Assembly (NCBI RefSeq): GCF_000143415.4
Contig: NW_003314409.1
Location: forward strand, 62,001 to 126,000
DNA length: 64,000 nt
Source of the DNA: Selaginella moellendorffii
Lineage: Eukaryota > Plantae > Lycopodiophyta
Reading direction: 5' to 3'
The notes below the pieces were generated by a model, which saw nothing but the letters and a program-made list of their open reading frames with translations, was not told the DNA's origin and did no database searches. Position 1 is the first letter of the stretch. Each line of letters begins with the position of its first letter. Shown here piece by piece: positions 23,832 to 34,786 of this stretch. The position numbers and the translations under genes were made by a program.

Positions 23832-25760
23832 ATGGCATTGCTCTTCCCCAATTTCGTGATTTCCACAGACACCTCAGAGGATTGCTTGCTCTCCTGGGGA
23901 GCACTGCTCAAGAACTGCCAGGATCTGTCACAGGGGAGGCAAATCCACGCCCGCATTGCGCAGAGCGAGCACCGCCGCAACAAATACCTCGCGAATCTGC
24001 TTGTCCAGATGTATGGCAAATGCGGCAGCGTCGATGACGCCCGCGCAATCTTCGAATCCATAGAGAATCCTAAGCTCTTCTCCTCCAACATCATGATCCA
24101 GGCCTACGCACAGGCGAAAGATCTAGATCGAGCGCGCAGAACGTTCGATGGGATGCTCCGGCGAGATGCCTCGACGTGGAACTCGATCGTCACGGCATAT
24201 GCCGACAACGGGCATCTTGATAAAGCGCGAGAGATTTTCGAATTGGCTCCAGAGAAGAACGAGATCTCTTGGAATGTGATGATCACGCTTTGCATCCGCA
24301 GTGGAAAGATAGCTTCTGCCAAGGATTTGTTTGATCGGATGCCCGTGAAGACGATCGTTGCGCAGACTGCCCTCGTCACAGCATTTGCCAGGAAAGGGCA
24401 TGTGGAAGAAGCCGAGGCTTTGTTTGAGAACATAAAGGAGGAGCGCGATGTAGTGGCGTGGACGGCCATGATCCAAGCTTATGTCGCGAATGGGGATCTT
24501 GAGAAGGCCAAGGCTTTGTTCACGCGAATGCCCGAAAGGAATGTTGTGACGTGGTCGTCTATGATACAAGGCCATGTCCAAGAGGGGCAAATGGAGGAGG
24601 CCAGATACCTCTTCGAAAAGATGCCGCAGAGGACGGTGGTGTCTTGGACGACCATGGTGGGGGGATATTCACAAAGAGGTAATATTCGTGAGGCCGAGAA
24701 TCTCTTTGAAAAAATGCCCAACAAGGATATCGTGGCCTGGAACTGTATGATCACTGCTTATGGCCAAAATAGCGATCCTGACGCTGCTAGAAACGTGTTC
24801 GAGATGATGCCTCGGCCGAGAAACATCGTGTCTTATAACGCTTTGATCTCGGCTTACATCCAAAACAATTGCCTCGAGGAAGCGAGTGCACTGTTTGAAG
24901 GGATGGAAGAGCGAGACGTTGTGTCTTGGAATCTCCTCTTGAATGGGTATGCCCAGAGAGGGTATGTTGAGGAATCCAAGAGCATCTTTGATCGGATGAG
25001 TGAGAGGGATAGAGATGTAGCGACATACAACTGTATGATTGACGCATATGCCCAACAAGGGTATCTTGTGAATGCCAAGGAGTTGTTTGATACCATGCCA
25101 GAGCGAGACTTGATATCCTGGAACACGATCGAGAAGGCCTTTGCTAGCAACGGACATGTATACGAAGCCAAGTTGATACTCTATGGGATGCCCAAGCAGG
25201 ACATAGTTTCATGGACGTCCATGGTGGCGGCATATGCCCAGCGAGGCCATATGGTTGAAGCGCGGAAGTTCTTCAGCACAATGCCCCAAAGGGACTTGGT
25301 ATCGTGGAATGCGATTGTTGCAGCGCATGCCCAGTGCGGACACAGCGCTAGGGCCATGGAGCTTTTCAAATGCATGGCCGTGGAGGGGATCAGCTCCAAC
25401 GACATTGCGTTCATGAGCATTCTCGCTGCTTGCAGCCACGTTGGGAAGCTGGAGCAAGGCTGGAGCCTGTTCGTGTCGATGCAAAACGACTTTGGATTGA
25501 ACCCATCACGGGTTCACTACTCGTGCATGGTAGACATCCTCGCGCGCTCCGGGAAGCTGCAAGCTGCCGAGGAGCTCATCGCCACCATGCCGTTTGTGCC
25601 GGATCTCGTGGCCTGGGACACGCTTCTTGCTGCTTGCAAAGTCCAGAGGGATGCCCGAGGAGCGGCCCAGGCAGCCGAGGTTGCCACGGACTTGTCCGAG
25701 GAGAGCTCGGCTCCATACGTGCTCATCTCTGATATCCAACGAAACACTTCGCTATATTAG
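23832..25760 (+). CDS. PLS-class PPR protein dominated by short (S/SS-type) repeats, ending in E motifs (no DYW)
   Basis: 642-aa intronless ORF with repeated ~31-aa units (RDVVAWTAMIQAY, RNVVTWSSMIQG), HYSCMVDILARSG and PDLVAWDTLLAAC. Confidence 0.92.
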   Translation: MALLFPNFVISTDTSEDCLLSWGALLKNCQDLSQGRQIHARIAQSEHRRNKYLANLLVQMYGKCGSVDDARAIFESIENPKLFSSNIMIQAYAQAKDLDRARRTFDGMLRRDASTWNSIVTAYADNGHLDKAREIFELAPEKNEISWNVMITLCIRSGKIASAKDLFDRMPVKTIVAQTALVTAFARKGHVEEAEALFENIKEERDVVAWTAMIQAYVANGDLEKAKALFTRMPERNVVTWSSMIQGHVQEGQMEEARYLFEKMPQRTVVSWTTMVGGYSQRGNIREAENLFEKMPNKDIVAWNCMITAYGQNSDPDAARNVFEMMPRPRNIVSYNALISAYIQNNCLEEASALFEGMEERDVVSWNLLLNGYAQRGYVEESKSIFDRMSERDRDVATYNCMIDAYAQQGYLVNAKELFDTMPERDLISWNTIEKAFASNGHVYEAKLILYGMPKQDIVSWTSMVAAYAQRGHMVEARKFFSTMPQRDLVSWNAIVAAHAQCGHSARAMELFKCMAVEGISSNDIAFMSILAACSHVGKLEQGWSLFVSMQNDFGLNPSRVHYSCMVDILARSGKLQAAEELIATMPFVPDLVAWDTLLAACKVQRDARGAAQAAEVATDLSEESSAPYVLISDIQRNTSLY

Positions 25761-25813
25761 CGGTTCCAAAAGGAGCAAGGAACTTGCAAGGAAACTAAGA
25801 TCTGGAGCTACTT

Positions 25814-26494
25814 CTAGTTCCCTTTCACGACTTGAGCTATGGGCGTGAAGAACTTGACGAGCCTGTCCACGGTCTCGGCCTCCAACCGGAACGTCTTCTC
25901 AAGAACTTCATCCGCGATGCCACTCCCAAACATGGACAAGGATATGATCTGAAATCCCGGCTTCTCGCTGTTGAGCACCGCCAGCGCCGACGCTCTCCCG
26001 CGTCCAACGTTGAGCTGCCAGTGGATGAGACCCCTCGGGAAGATCATCACCTCCCCCGCGTGGTACACTCGCGCGAATACCCGGTTACCCGCGTCCACAA
26101 ACCCCGCATACAAGTCCCCGTGGAGGATATACACGAACTCGGAGGCCCGAGGATGTGTGTGAGGGGAGATGAGCCCGCGCTCCACAAAGTCGAGCTGGGC
26201 GAAGGAGAAACCTTGCGTGTGGAGTCCCGGGAACGTGTTCACGTCGCCTGGAGTGGCGATCGCTCCGGACGTGCTCTGGCTGGGATCCAGAGGAGTGAGC
26301 AACCCGCTGAAGACGAAGTCGTCGATCGTCACGTTGGGGTATGGCTTGCACGAGTAGTCGTTGTTGTTGAGCAGCGGACAATACAGGTCCGCGACGCAGA
26401 AGTCATGGAGTGGATCACGATCCGAGCATGAAACTTGCAGTGGCGAGAGGGAGGTCATCAAGAACAAGGCTGCGAAGCAAAACAACGCTGCCAT
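25814..26494 (-). CDS. Germin-like protein (cupin, Mn-binding), secreted
   Basis: Signal peptide, DPLHDFCVAD, germin boxes HTHPRASE and FPRGLIHWQ; intact 226-aa ORF. Confidence 0.95.
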   Translation of the reverse strand: MAALFCFAALFLMTSLSPLQVSCSDRDPLHDFCVADLYCPLLNNNDYSCKPYPNVTIDDFVFSGLLTPLDPSQSTSGAIATPGDVNTFPGLHTQGFSFAQLDFVERGLISPHTHPRASEFVYILHGDLYAGFVDAGNRVFARVYHAGEVMIFPRGLIHWQLNVGRGRASALAVLNSEKPGFQIISLSMFGSGIADEVLEKTFRLEAETVDRLVKFFTPIAQVVKGN

Positions 26495-27189
26495 TTTGTT
26501 GCCGTCGCCAAATCTACGTCCGGTTTATACAGAACTTGCCGCCATTCACTGCGAGTTAACAAGTAGATCGAAAGATCGCCTCTATGCAAATCGAAAGTTT
26601 TCCTAAGATGAAAGTGGTCGATGGATGTATTATTCTGTTATTGTTCTACAATAAATTTAATCACGACCTTGTGAGTGAGGCACTTCAAGACAATTTGCCG
26701 CTGAATGTCTGGATGCCCAGAAAGGCAATTTGCCTTTTTCTTTAAAAAGACATAGAGATTTAACTTAGAGGTAAGAGTGTTTACAGTTGCCAAGAATCTG
26801 ACTTGGGTTATTGGCTTCACTGAATTGCCTAAAACATTCTTTGGATGATGGGTTTCTATATCAAGATGTCAAGATATTGAATATCAACTCGAGAAACCAC
26901 TGGTTAAACAACTGAAACGAATCCAACTCTGCATGAGTCTCAACTGCCTAGTCAATGAGCTCTTCCAGCTCCACAGGAAGCTTAGTGTAATCATTATTAA
27001 CACTTTGCAACCTAGCATTAGACCAGCCACTACAACTTGCATCCTGACCAACATCCTTGCTCAATTGTTTTTCTTCTTCTGGTTCTCCCTGGGCTCAATC
27101 AATGTTCACTTCTTTCCCACTGAAACAAGCAGCACATACTTGGTTTATATAAAATTGATTCTTCTTTAAGTGGAGAAGAGTTTCAAGCT

Positions 27190-28130
27190 CAAGCAAATTC
27201 AAATCTTTATTTTAAAGGGACTCCCTACTCCTTTGTGCAAGTAGTTTTAGTTTTTTTGCCAATATCAAGTCCTAGTTAAGCATAGCTTTTGACATGGTTG
27301 ATGGTGGTTCTATATGTTATTGCTAGGCATTGAGGTCATGGATAATTTTGATCAAAGTATTCTCCTTTAAATTTCATTTTAGATTTTGTTAAGGTTGTTT
27401 CAGGCTTTATCACACTATATTCTTTTAAGTATATTTGTGATGCTTTATTATATTTTGGAATTAAATCACAGTCAATTCTTACATCTCCAAAGCCTCAGAT
27501 TTCTACTGCCTTTACTAATGTTTGAGAGTATCAAAACTTAGTTGGTACACTGATGTACATTAGTAATGTTATTCAGCTAGATATCAAATATATTGTTAAT
27601 TCCTTGAGGCAATACTCACAACTCTGCAAATTATTTATTGGAGGTAAAATTAATTCTTCAATATCTTCAAGGCGCTATTAATCATGGGATCATTTATATT
27701 TGTTTTGTGATATTATCAGGCTAGTGTAGTTGATGACTCTTGTTGATTTACAAGTGGCTCGTGTTTATTTATAAATTTTGGTGTTGTGGCTTGGTTTTCT
27801 AAATGTTAACATTAGATAGCAATACCTTCTACAAAAGCAAAATATGTTTGTAGTTAGTTTAGCCACTCGATAAATCATATGGCTTGATAGATTACTTATT
27901 GACTTGGGACATTTTTTGTCACTCCCCACATCTTTATATTGTGATAATCAATTTACTATTATTTTGGCTAAAGATCTTACTCTTCACTCAAAGTTTAAAC
28001 ATATTAACACTCTATCACTAAGTTTGATTTGAAATACGAAAGAGGAATATCATTATGGCATCAGTTACTACACAATATATGGTGGTTGATAGTTTTACAA
28101 AGCCTTTTTGCGACCTTTATTTTTGAAACA
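27190..28130 (+). mobile_element. Highly decayed Ty1/copia RT-RNase H relic
   Basis: Degenerate copia motifs by manual translation: VGTLMY (VGSLMY), TSG...VAWFSK...STKAKY, LYCDNQ, HSKFKHI (HxRTKHI), VDSFTKP (ADIFTKP). Confidence 0.7.
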
Positions 28131-29004
28131 TTATGATAGTTTTGACATTGCCACTGTTAATCTTGTGTTTTATCTGGCATTTCTATAAACAATAGATATT
28201 GTTTATAGAAAATGTAAAGTAGTAGTTATTAGAGATTAGATGACTAACTTTCCCCTATTATGTATTAGGGATTCAGTTTAATAACACCTTGCAGCAGTTG
28301 CTATTTTGGTTTTGTGAAATATGCAATAATCATTGATCTATTTGATTACTTATTATGTAAGACAACTTCTATAAATTATCTTTAACTTGTTTCCTTTCTT
28401 AAGTCTCATCCTTCACCGGATTCACTGTCAACCTGTTCCTCTCTCTATTCCTTAGCCTCAAAAGATGCTGCCAATTGACAAATAGATCACAAGGGGAAAG
28501 CCACATAGTTAATATATAAATTCACCCATGGGTTGAAGTGTTTATGAGTGTTTTAAACATGTGATCTTAGCAGGAAACTTTGCATGTAGATTCCGAAGCG
28601 TGGTTGTGTGTCCAAGGGTGTCAAAATCGAAGACATGTGAGGGCGCATTTCTAAGAGAGTTTGGTCTTGTGAGAGGATGTGCAAGGAATTCCTATGCCAT
28701 GACATGACACTCTTGCTGAGGGGAAGATGGTGTTGTCTTGCAGCATGCTGGGGAAACTCAATGACCCCAAGAGAGAGAGAGAGTATAAGAGGCAGAGTCT
28801 AGAAGAACCTGAACATGATGTTTCCTGGCTAAAGGCCTCTACAAGCATTTACAACAGGCTTGCCTACACACCTTCATGGCTGTTCTGTAGTTGCATGCGT
28901 GCTGACTAACCATAATTTTGGCCAAAGCTTTCGCAAAGCCCGGAGACCAGATGGAGACACATGGACCAGTCATGATGGGTTCAATTGTTCGACCAGCAAT
29001 TGAA

Positions 29005-29360
29005 CGAGCAAGCCGCTGAAAACGAAGTCGTCGATCGCCACGTTGGGGTATGGTTTGCACGAGTAGTTGTTGTTGGTGAGAAGCGGACAATGCAGGTCCG
29101 CAACGCAAAAGACATGCGATCCTAGCATGAAACTTGCTGTGGCGAGAGTGAGCATCAAGAACAAAGCTGCGAAGCAAAATAACCCTGCCATTTTTCTGCC
29201 GAGCACCAAGTCTACGTCCGCAGTTTATACAGAACTTGCCGCCATTCACTGCGAATTAACAAGTAGATCAAAAGATTAAGATGAAAGTGGTCGATTAAAA
29301 CTAGATTCCATTTGAGTAACATTGTGTTATTGCTCTACAATGAATTTAATCACGACCTTA
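29005..29360 (-). pseudogene. 5'-only germin-like duplicate including its upstream region
   Basis: MAGLFCFAALFLML...FCVADLHCPLLTNNNYSCKPYPNVAIDDFVFSGLL then abrupt loss of homology. Upstream DNA matches ~26500-26670. Confidence 0.85.
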
Positions 29361-29369
29361 CTGTTCCTC

Positions 29370-30045
29370 GGATGAATTCAGCCATGGGAACAAACTCTTC
29401 GACAAGCCTGTGCACAGTCTGAGCGTCCAGCCGAAATGCCTTTTGGAGAACTTCTTCCGTGACACTACTCCCGAACATGGACGGAGCTATGGTCTGAAAC
29501 CCGGGCTTCTCGCTGTTAGCACTGCAAAAGCCGACGCTGAACCCTCTCCCACATTGAGCTGCCAGTGGATGAGACCCCTCGGGAAGATCATCACCTCGCC
29601 CTTGGAGTAAACTCTCGCAAACGCCCTGTTGGCTGTGTCGATGAATCCAGTGTACAAGCGACCCAGGGTGATTTAGACGAACTCGGAGGCGCGAGGATGC
29701 GTGTGAGGCGGAATGAGGCCACCCTCCACAAAGTCGAGCCGAGCAAACGATGGAGTCCTGGAAAAGTCTCGACGAAGGCTGGAGTGACGCTGGTGCCCGC
29801 GGGGCCCAGGCTGGGGTCGGCAGGAGTGAGCAAGCCGCTGAAGACGAAGTCGTCGATCGTCACGTTGGCATACGGCTTGCAGGGATACTCGTTGCAGGGA
29901 TACGCGGATGGTCGAGGTCTGCCACACAAAAGTCTCAGACAAGATCGGGATCGGAAGACAAAGCTTGTAGAGTAGACATAGACGCGTACAAGACTGCCAA
30001 ACAAAACAAGAAAGTCGCCATATGGCTATGTCGCTGGATTTGGAG
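29370..30045 (-). pseudogene. Frameshifted germin-like pseudogene
   Basis: CKPYANVTIDDFVFSGLL in one frame; FARLDFVEGGLIPPHTHPRASEFV followed by a stop in another; FPRGLIHWQ downstream. Confidence 0.88.
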
Positions 30046-30374
30046 GGGATCAAACTACATAACTTTGCAGGGTCCAAGGTCCAGAATATAATGCAGCTTC
30101 GAAAAGCAGACGTGCTGCCACGTTGCTCCCAACTTTAGCATGCAAACGTTTTTTTGCTTTCTCATTGGCTTTTAACCTCTGCCTCGCGGCAAAGAGGCCG
30201 AGGATCTTTTGTTGAGTATGCCAACATTTCTTTTACAGCATGTAAAAGTCACGGGAGATGAATCCGTTATTCCACGATGCCTGGTTTGCATCGTAAGACG
30301 GATCGAGAGACCTCGATCCTTGCAAATTGATCGACGACAGTAGTAGAAGTGATCCTAGAAAATTAGCATTATGC

Positions 30375-30394
30375 TCTATTTCGTTAAAGTGGGA
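30375..30394 (+). repeat. Left terminal inverted repeat
   Basis: Exact reverse complement of 40935-40954; also present at 1368-1387. Confidence 0.92.
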
Positions 30395-31030
30395 TTTATT
30401 CAGTAAAATGGGACTAGGTACAAATTTTCAAGTATTTGAAAATGACGTGAAATTATATGTTTTTTGTCCAGGGGCTAGACATATCTGGGGCATGGTGACT
30501 AGCGCGGTGACTTTATGTCCAGACTGAGTCCATCTGGTTGTATAATAAATCTCATTGTCAAGGTGAACAAGCCGAATCTGAAGCTAAAGAAGAGCGATGG
30601 CATGCGCGCACACACTATTTGTTTGTTCATTGAGCGTGTGGTGAGCTTTCCAAGATGAACGTCAATCCTATTAGCCAGACATATAACTTAATGGTGAGAA
30701 CATTTAGATATTATTCAATGTTATCTTTTTCTAACGAATCTAATTGTGAAGGTGTAGCAAGAGGCATTGCTAGTCTGGAGAAGTCATTTAACTCATTTGA
30801 CCCTTAGTGTATTTTCATGAAACTAAATAACATTCATATTATTAAGGAATTTCTCTAGTACCTTTTTTTTACGACATAGAGGCTTGCATTTCTTTCAAAG
30901 GTGATTTAGTAAAAGGCCTGAGGGCACATGCCATTCTATTTCTCAGACCGGTATTAAGATATACTAGTGCAAAGGGAAAAAGGTATTTGGTGATCAAGTA
31001 AATGGCATGAGGGCACACGCCATTATAAGC

Positions 31031-32584
31031 CTAAGCGCTAGTGGACACCTCCTTTTTGGTACTCTCAGCGGTACTATCATCCTTCTCCGGGTCAGTTGTT
31101 TTGCTTTGGATTGTTGTCTCTGACGTTACTGGAGCGTTCTCGATAGTTGTTAATGTTGCCGTTTGTTCAGAAAAATGATCACCTGGAGTATAGTACGGGG
31201 AGTTTGGAAGACTTATATATTCTACATCTTCACCTATCTCCTTCTTCGTCTCCTTTTCTGCCTCACTTACAGATTTTGTGCTTGCCATGAGAACGCTCTT
31301 CACCCTAAAATATGGAGTTCGTTGTGTTATAAAAGGAAACCAACACACACGCTGCAAGGGAATGATGGTACATAAAGCACGTAAGCCCACAATATGGGTT
31401 TATGTGCCATTAATATAGGCCACACGCCATATTATTAGATTTATGCACGTGTGATTGGTAAATGCATATGTCACATCATCTTTGTTTTACCTCACACACT
31501 ATATCAGGCCTAATGAACCATATCACATGTGCGCACATGCTATATATATGGAGAAGTATTATGCAAGGATAGAAATTCAATGCATGATTGTGGAGAGCAA
31601 TGGCATGAAGCCACATGCTAAATAACATTTTAGATAAAGAATTAAAATAAAAACATGCAAACAGTACTAAGTGGACCAAGACTTAGAAGTGCACAATTGA
31701 ATGAGGTATTTCTAATAAATACTTCACTCACCTCATATAGGAATGGCTACCACTCTCAAATGGCGTATCGCCTCATGCCATCACCTCGCAATTTGTTATA
31801 ACAATCCGATGAATTCATATTCGGCTTGTTCACCTTGAACTTTAAGTAAGATTTGCTAGAACAACTAAGAATTTATACTTGTTATTTGTATCATCTCACC
31901 TAGGAATGGCGTAAGGCCACATGCCATCACGCCTCCTCTGATTCAGATTCGGATTGTTCACCTTGAAATAAAATACATTAGAAACTTAGTAAAGGAATAT
32001 TCATGAATCTCACCTTGAACCCGGGTTATGAATGCTCTTGCTGCATCTCTTGCATGGTCTGGCAAGGTGATGGTGGCACTCTGCTTCCGCATCCAACCAT
32101 GCACAACATTATCCACCGATATGCTCATGCTGGGATCCCTTGGATTCAGCACCCATCTCTTTTCTAGGCAATCGTTCGTATATCCGGAACTTGGCTTGAA
32201 CCACTCCACAGTTACATTGAAGGAGTTAGTTTCCGCGTCCTCCTCTGCATCAGTGATGTAGCGCCCCACCCATATCATTTGTTTTTCATTACTGGGTCTG
32301 ACAAGCACGACCATTCCTTTGCAGACCTGTACTGGATTGAATGCTGAATCCGGCTTCTTGTTCCTCGGCCCACAATAGTGATCCTCAACATCATTACTGC
32401 AAGCCTTTGACAGTGTATAACAAAGTTCCGATCCATAGACACAAGGGTCCCTTTTGCAACTCTCTTCCCACCATTCAAAATGTAAACCTTTTCCCCAACC
32501 CTGAAGGCCATTCTGAAAGTGCAGAAAAGAAGTTAAGACCATACAAAAAATGATTGGAGAATGGCCTAAATCATAACATACCAA
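31031..32584 (-). CDS. Element-borne spliced (possibly frameshifted) gene of unknown function; beta-rich domains followed by an acidic Ser/Thr-rich tail
   Basis: ORFs 32275..32511 (VAKGTLVSMD..IHCQRL), 31958..32584 (GMVVLVRP...IWVGR...VTVEWFKP...) and 31031..31390, linked by GT-AG-like mini-introns. Exon structure uncertain. Confidence 0.45.
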
Positions 32585-32877
32585 ACAACCTCAATAGCAT
32601 GAGGCCACATGCCATTATTCAAACAGGCTATTGACACCCACGTGAAATTTCGCATTCACAAAATTGGCATGAGCCCTCATGCCATCTTGATATACACACA
32701 GCTGCAGGCAAGTAAAAACATACATGACAATACGCTAGCCATGAAATTGCAAGGGCCCAAGATGGCATGTGGCCTCATGCCATTTCTAAATGTGGTCCTA
32801 AGCCATTCCATGGTGAACATACCAGGAAGCACAAGTGCCGAATATCAAGAGGAAGCGGTAGCCACACCAAAGACAGT

Positions 32878-32947
32878 GCCGCTCGCAACACCGCAACTAC
32901 TCGTAGCGCCGCTCGCAACACCGCAACTGCTCGTAGCGCCGCTCGCA
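32878..32947 (+). repeat. 30-bp tandem repeat GCCGCTCGCAACACCGCAACT(A/G)CTCGTAGC
   Basis: Two full copies plus degenerate GCCGCTCGCA units to ~33010. Confidence 0.85.
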
Positions 32948-33842
32948 CAAACTGCCACTCGCATAAACTGCCGCTCGCAATGGCGCTCGCAATGCCGCAA
33001 CCGCTCGTAGACGCATAAACCACAGCCCACAACGCCGCTTACACAAACAGCGCTCACTGCGCTCAGCGGAACCAAGAACACGGCGCACAAAAATGATAGA
33101 CCTAGGAATGAGTTCGAGAATTCAAAAATAACACACGCTTGAACGTCACATCAAATCCTCTGACAAACCAGATCTTATGATTCCTCTGACAAATTTCAAA
33201 CTGAGTAGCTTCTAGACTTTGCTGTCGGAGGTTGAACTTTGTCACATCATGTCCTTGCCTCGATCCAGCTGTGCCATGTCAGTGATTCGAACTTTGCCAT
33301 GCCATGTCAGCGATCCGCGCCAAGATTATTCGCCGTGTAAAGGAATAATTATACTGTGTGTGTCCGTCCATTTATGGCAATATAAGACCACACGCCATTC
33401 AAAGAATAATGCTCGACATAAGGCCACACGCCATTCAAAGAATAATGCTAGTCGAGCATTTTTTGGTGCATTTTTGGGTTCAAAATTGCATGAGCCCACA
33501 CGCTATAAAGTTTACCTGTACCAAAAATAGAAACAGCTTTATTTACTTGGGAATTTAAGTGGTTGAGGCATTTTTAAACTTACAAACACATGCCCTACTT
33601 ACATTCCTTTGGTTGCTTAAAATTCAAAAATATTATAAACCTTTCTTTTTGCATTTTCAATGTTTTCAATTATGGTTTTTGATTTTCGTAGGACCAGCCT
33701 AGTAATCTATTTGCATCCCGTCATGTTTGTAGCTAGCTTTCGTTTGTCCCCTTCGCTAGCCTGAGATACATCTGCTCGGCATCTGCCTCTTACAGCATTT
33801 GCCCAGAAAGGGCATCTTTCTTCACGCAGCATTTGCCACATG

Positions 33843-33868
33843 TTTAGGGTTTAGGGTTTAGGGTTTAG
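33843..33868 (+). repeat. Interstitial plant telomere repeat (TTTAGGG)3TTTAG
   Basis: Read directly from the sequence. Confidence 0.9.
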
Positions 33869-34786
33869 CAATTCAGTAGCTTGATAAACATGCAAATACA
33901 GAACTTGATGCAAAATCCTTTGATATGTCACAATGCCCCTAGGACCATAAACACATTTCAATAGAGAGGGTCCTTTCATTTCATAACTTCTTACGTAGAT
34001 CTTGGTGAAACCAGAGTTAGTGAAGTTAGTTTCTTGTGATCCCGCATCTGATTGTGATGTCCCTTTGCAGTTTCGATGGAAAGGTCAATGCACACCAAAC
34101 TGTAAAATCTTGGAGCAAAATCACGGTCGGATTTATGGCAAATGCCCCTGAAACATTGTAAGGCTCGTGTGGTCTCATGTGGTGTCCGATCGAGATGCTT
34201 CTTTGCAAAGTCAGCTACTGGGCAGTGTTTCCGACGCCGCGGAGTCTTATTTAGCTGAACATCTGCCATTTTTGGAAATACAAGATGCTTTGGAATATCC
34301 AATCATGCATGGTATAAATATAGCGAGGGTATTAAATGATATCCCAATCATGATCTTTCTTTTGGATTTCGCGTGAATGCAGTCCGAGGAATGATGACGT
34401 TGCGGATTTCTTTTGGATTTTGCGTGCTTGCATGCGCGCGGCAATCCAGAAATTAATGGTGGCGCCCAAGTCCGAGGAATGATGACGTGGCGGGATTACC
34501 AACCGTTGTGACATTTCGCGCGTGTGAGGTTAGGTTTTGCATTTTGCTTTGTACTCGCGCTCGCACACTCGCGCTCGCGCTCGCATCACACTCGCGCTCC
34601 CGCTCGCATCGCGCTCCCACTCGCGATCACGCTCACTTCTCTACAGGTTTCTCGTGTGCATCGGCGTCCACTCGCGCTTGCATCACACTCGCACTCGCAT
34701 CGCGCTCGTGTGCATCGGCGTCCACTTCAAGACACACCCAGTTTGTAACTTCGCCGCCAACTCCGCCGCCCACTCCGCCACCCACA

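Noticed and set aside
1-31761. 1-1392 and 30370-31761 as long TIRs of a single 30-kb element
   Set aside because: The termini face the intervening DNA from outside, and the right copy has its own matching TIR at 40935-40954, so these are two separate copies.
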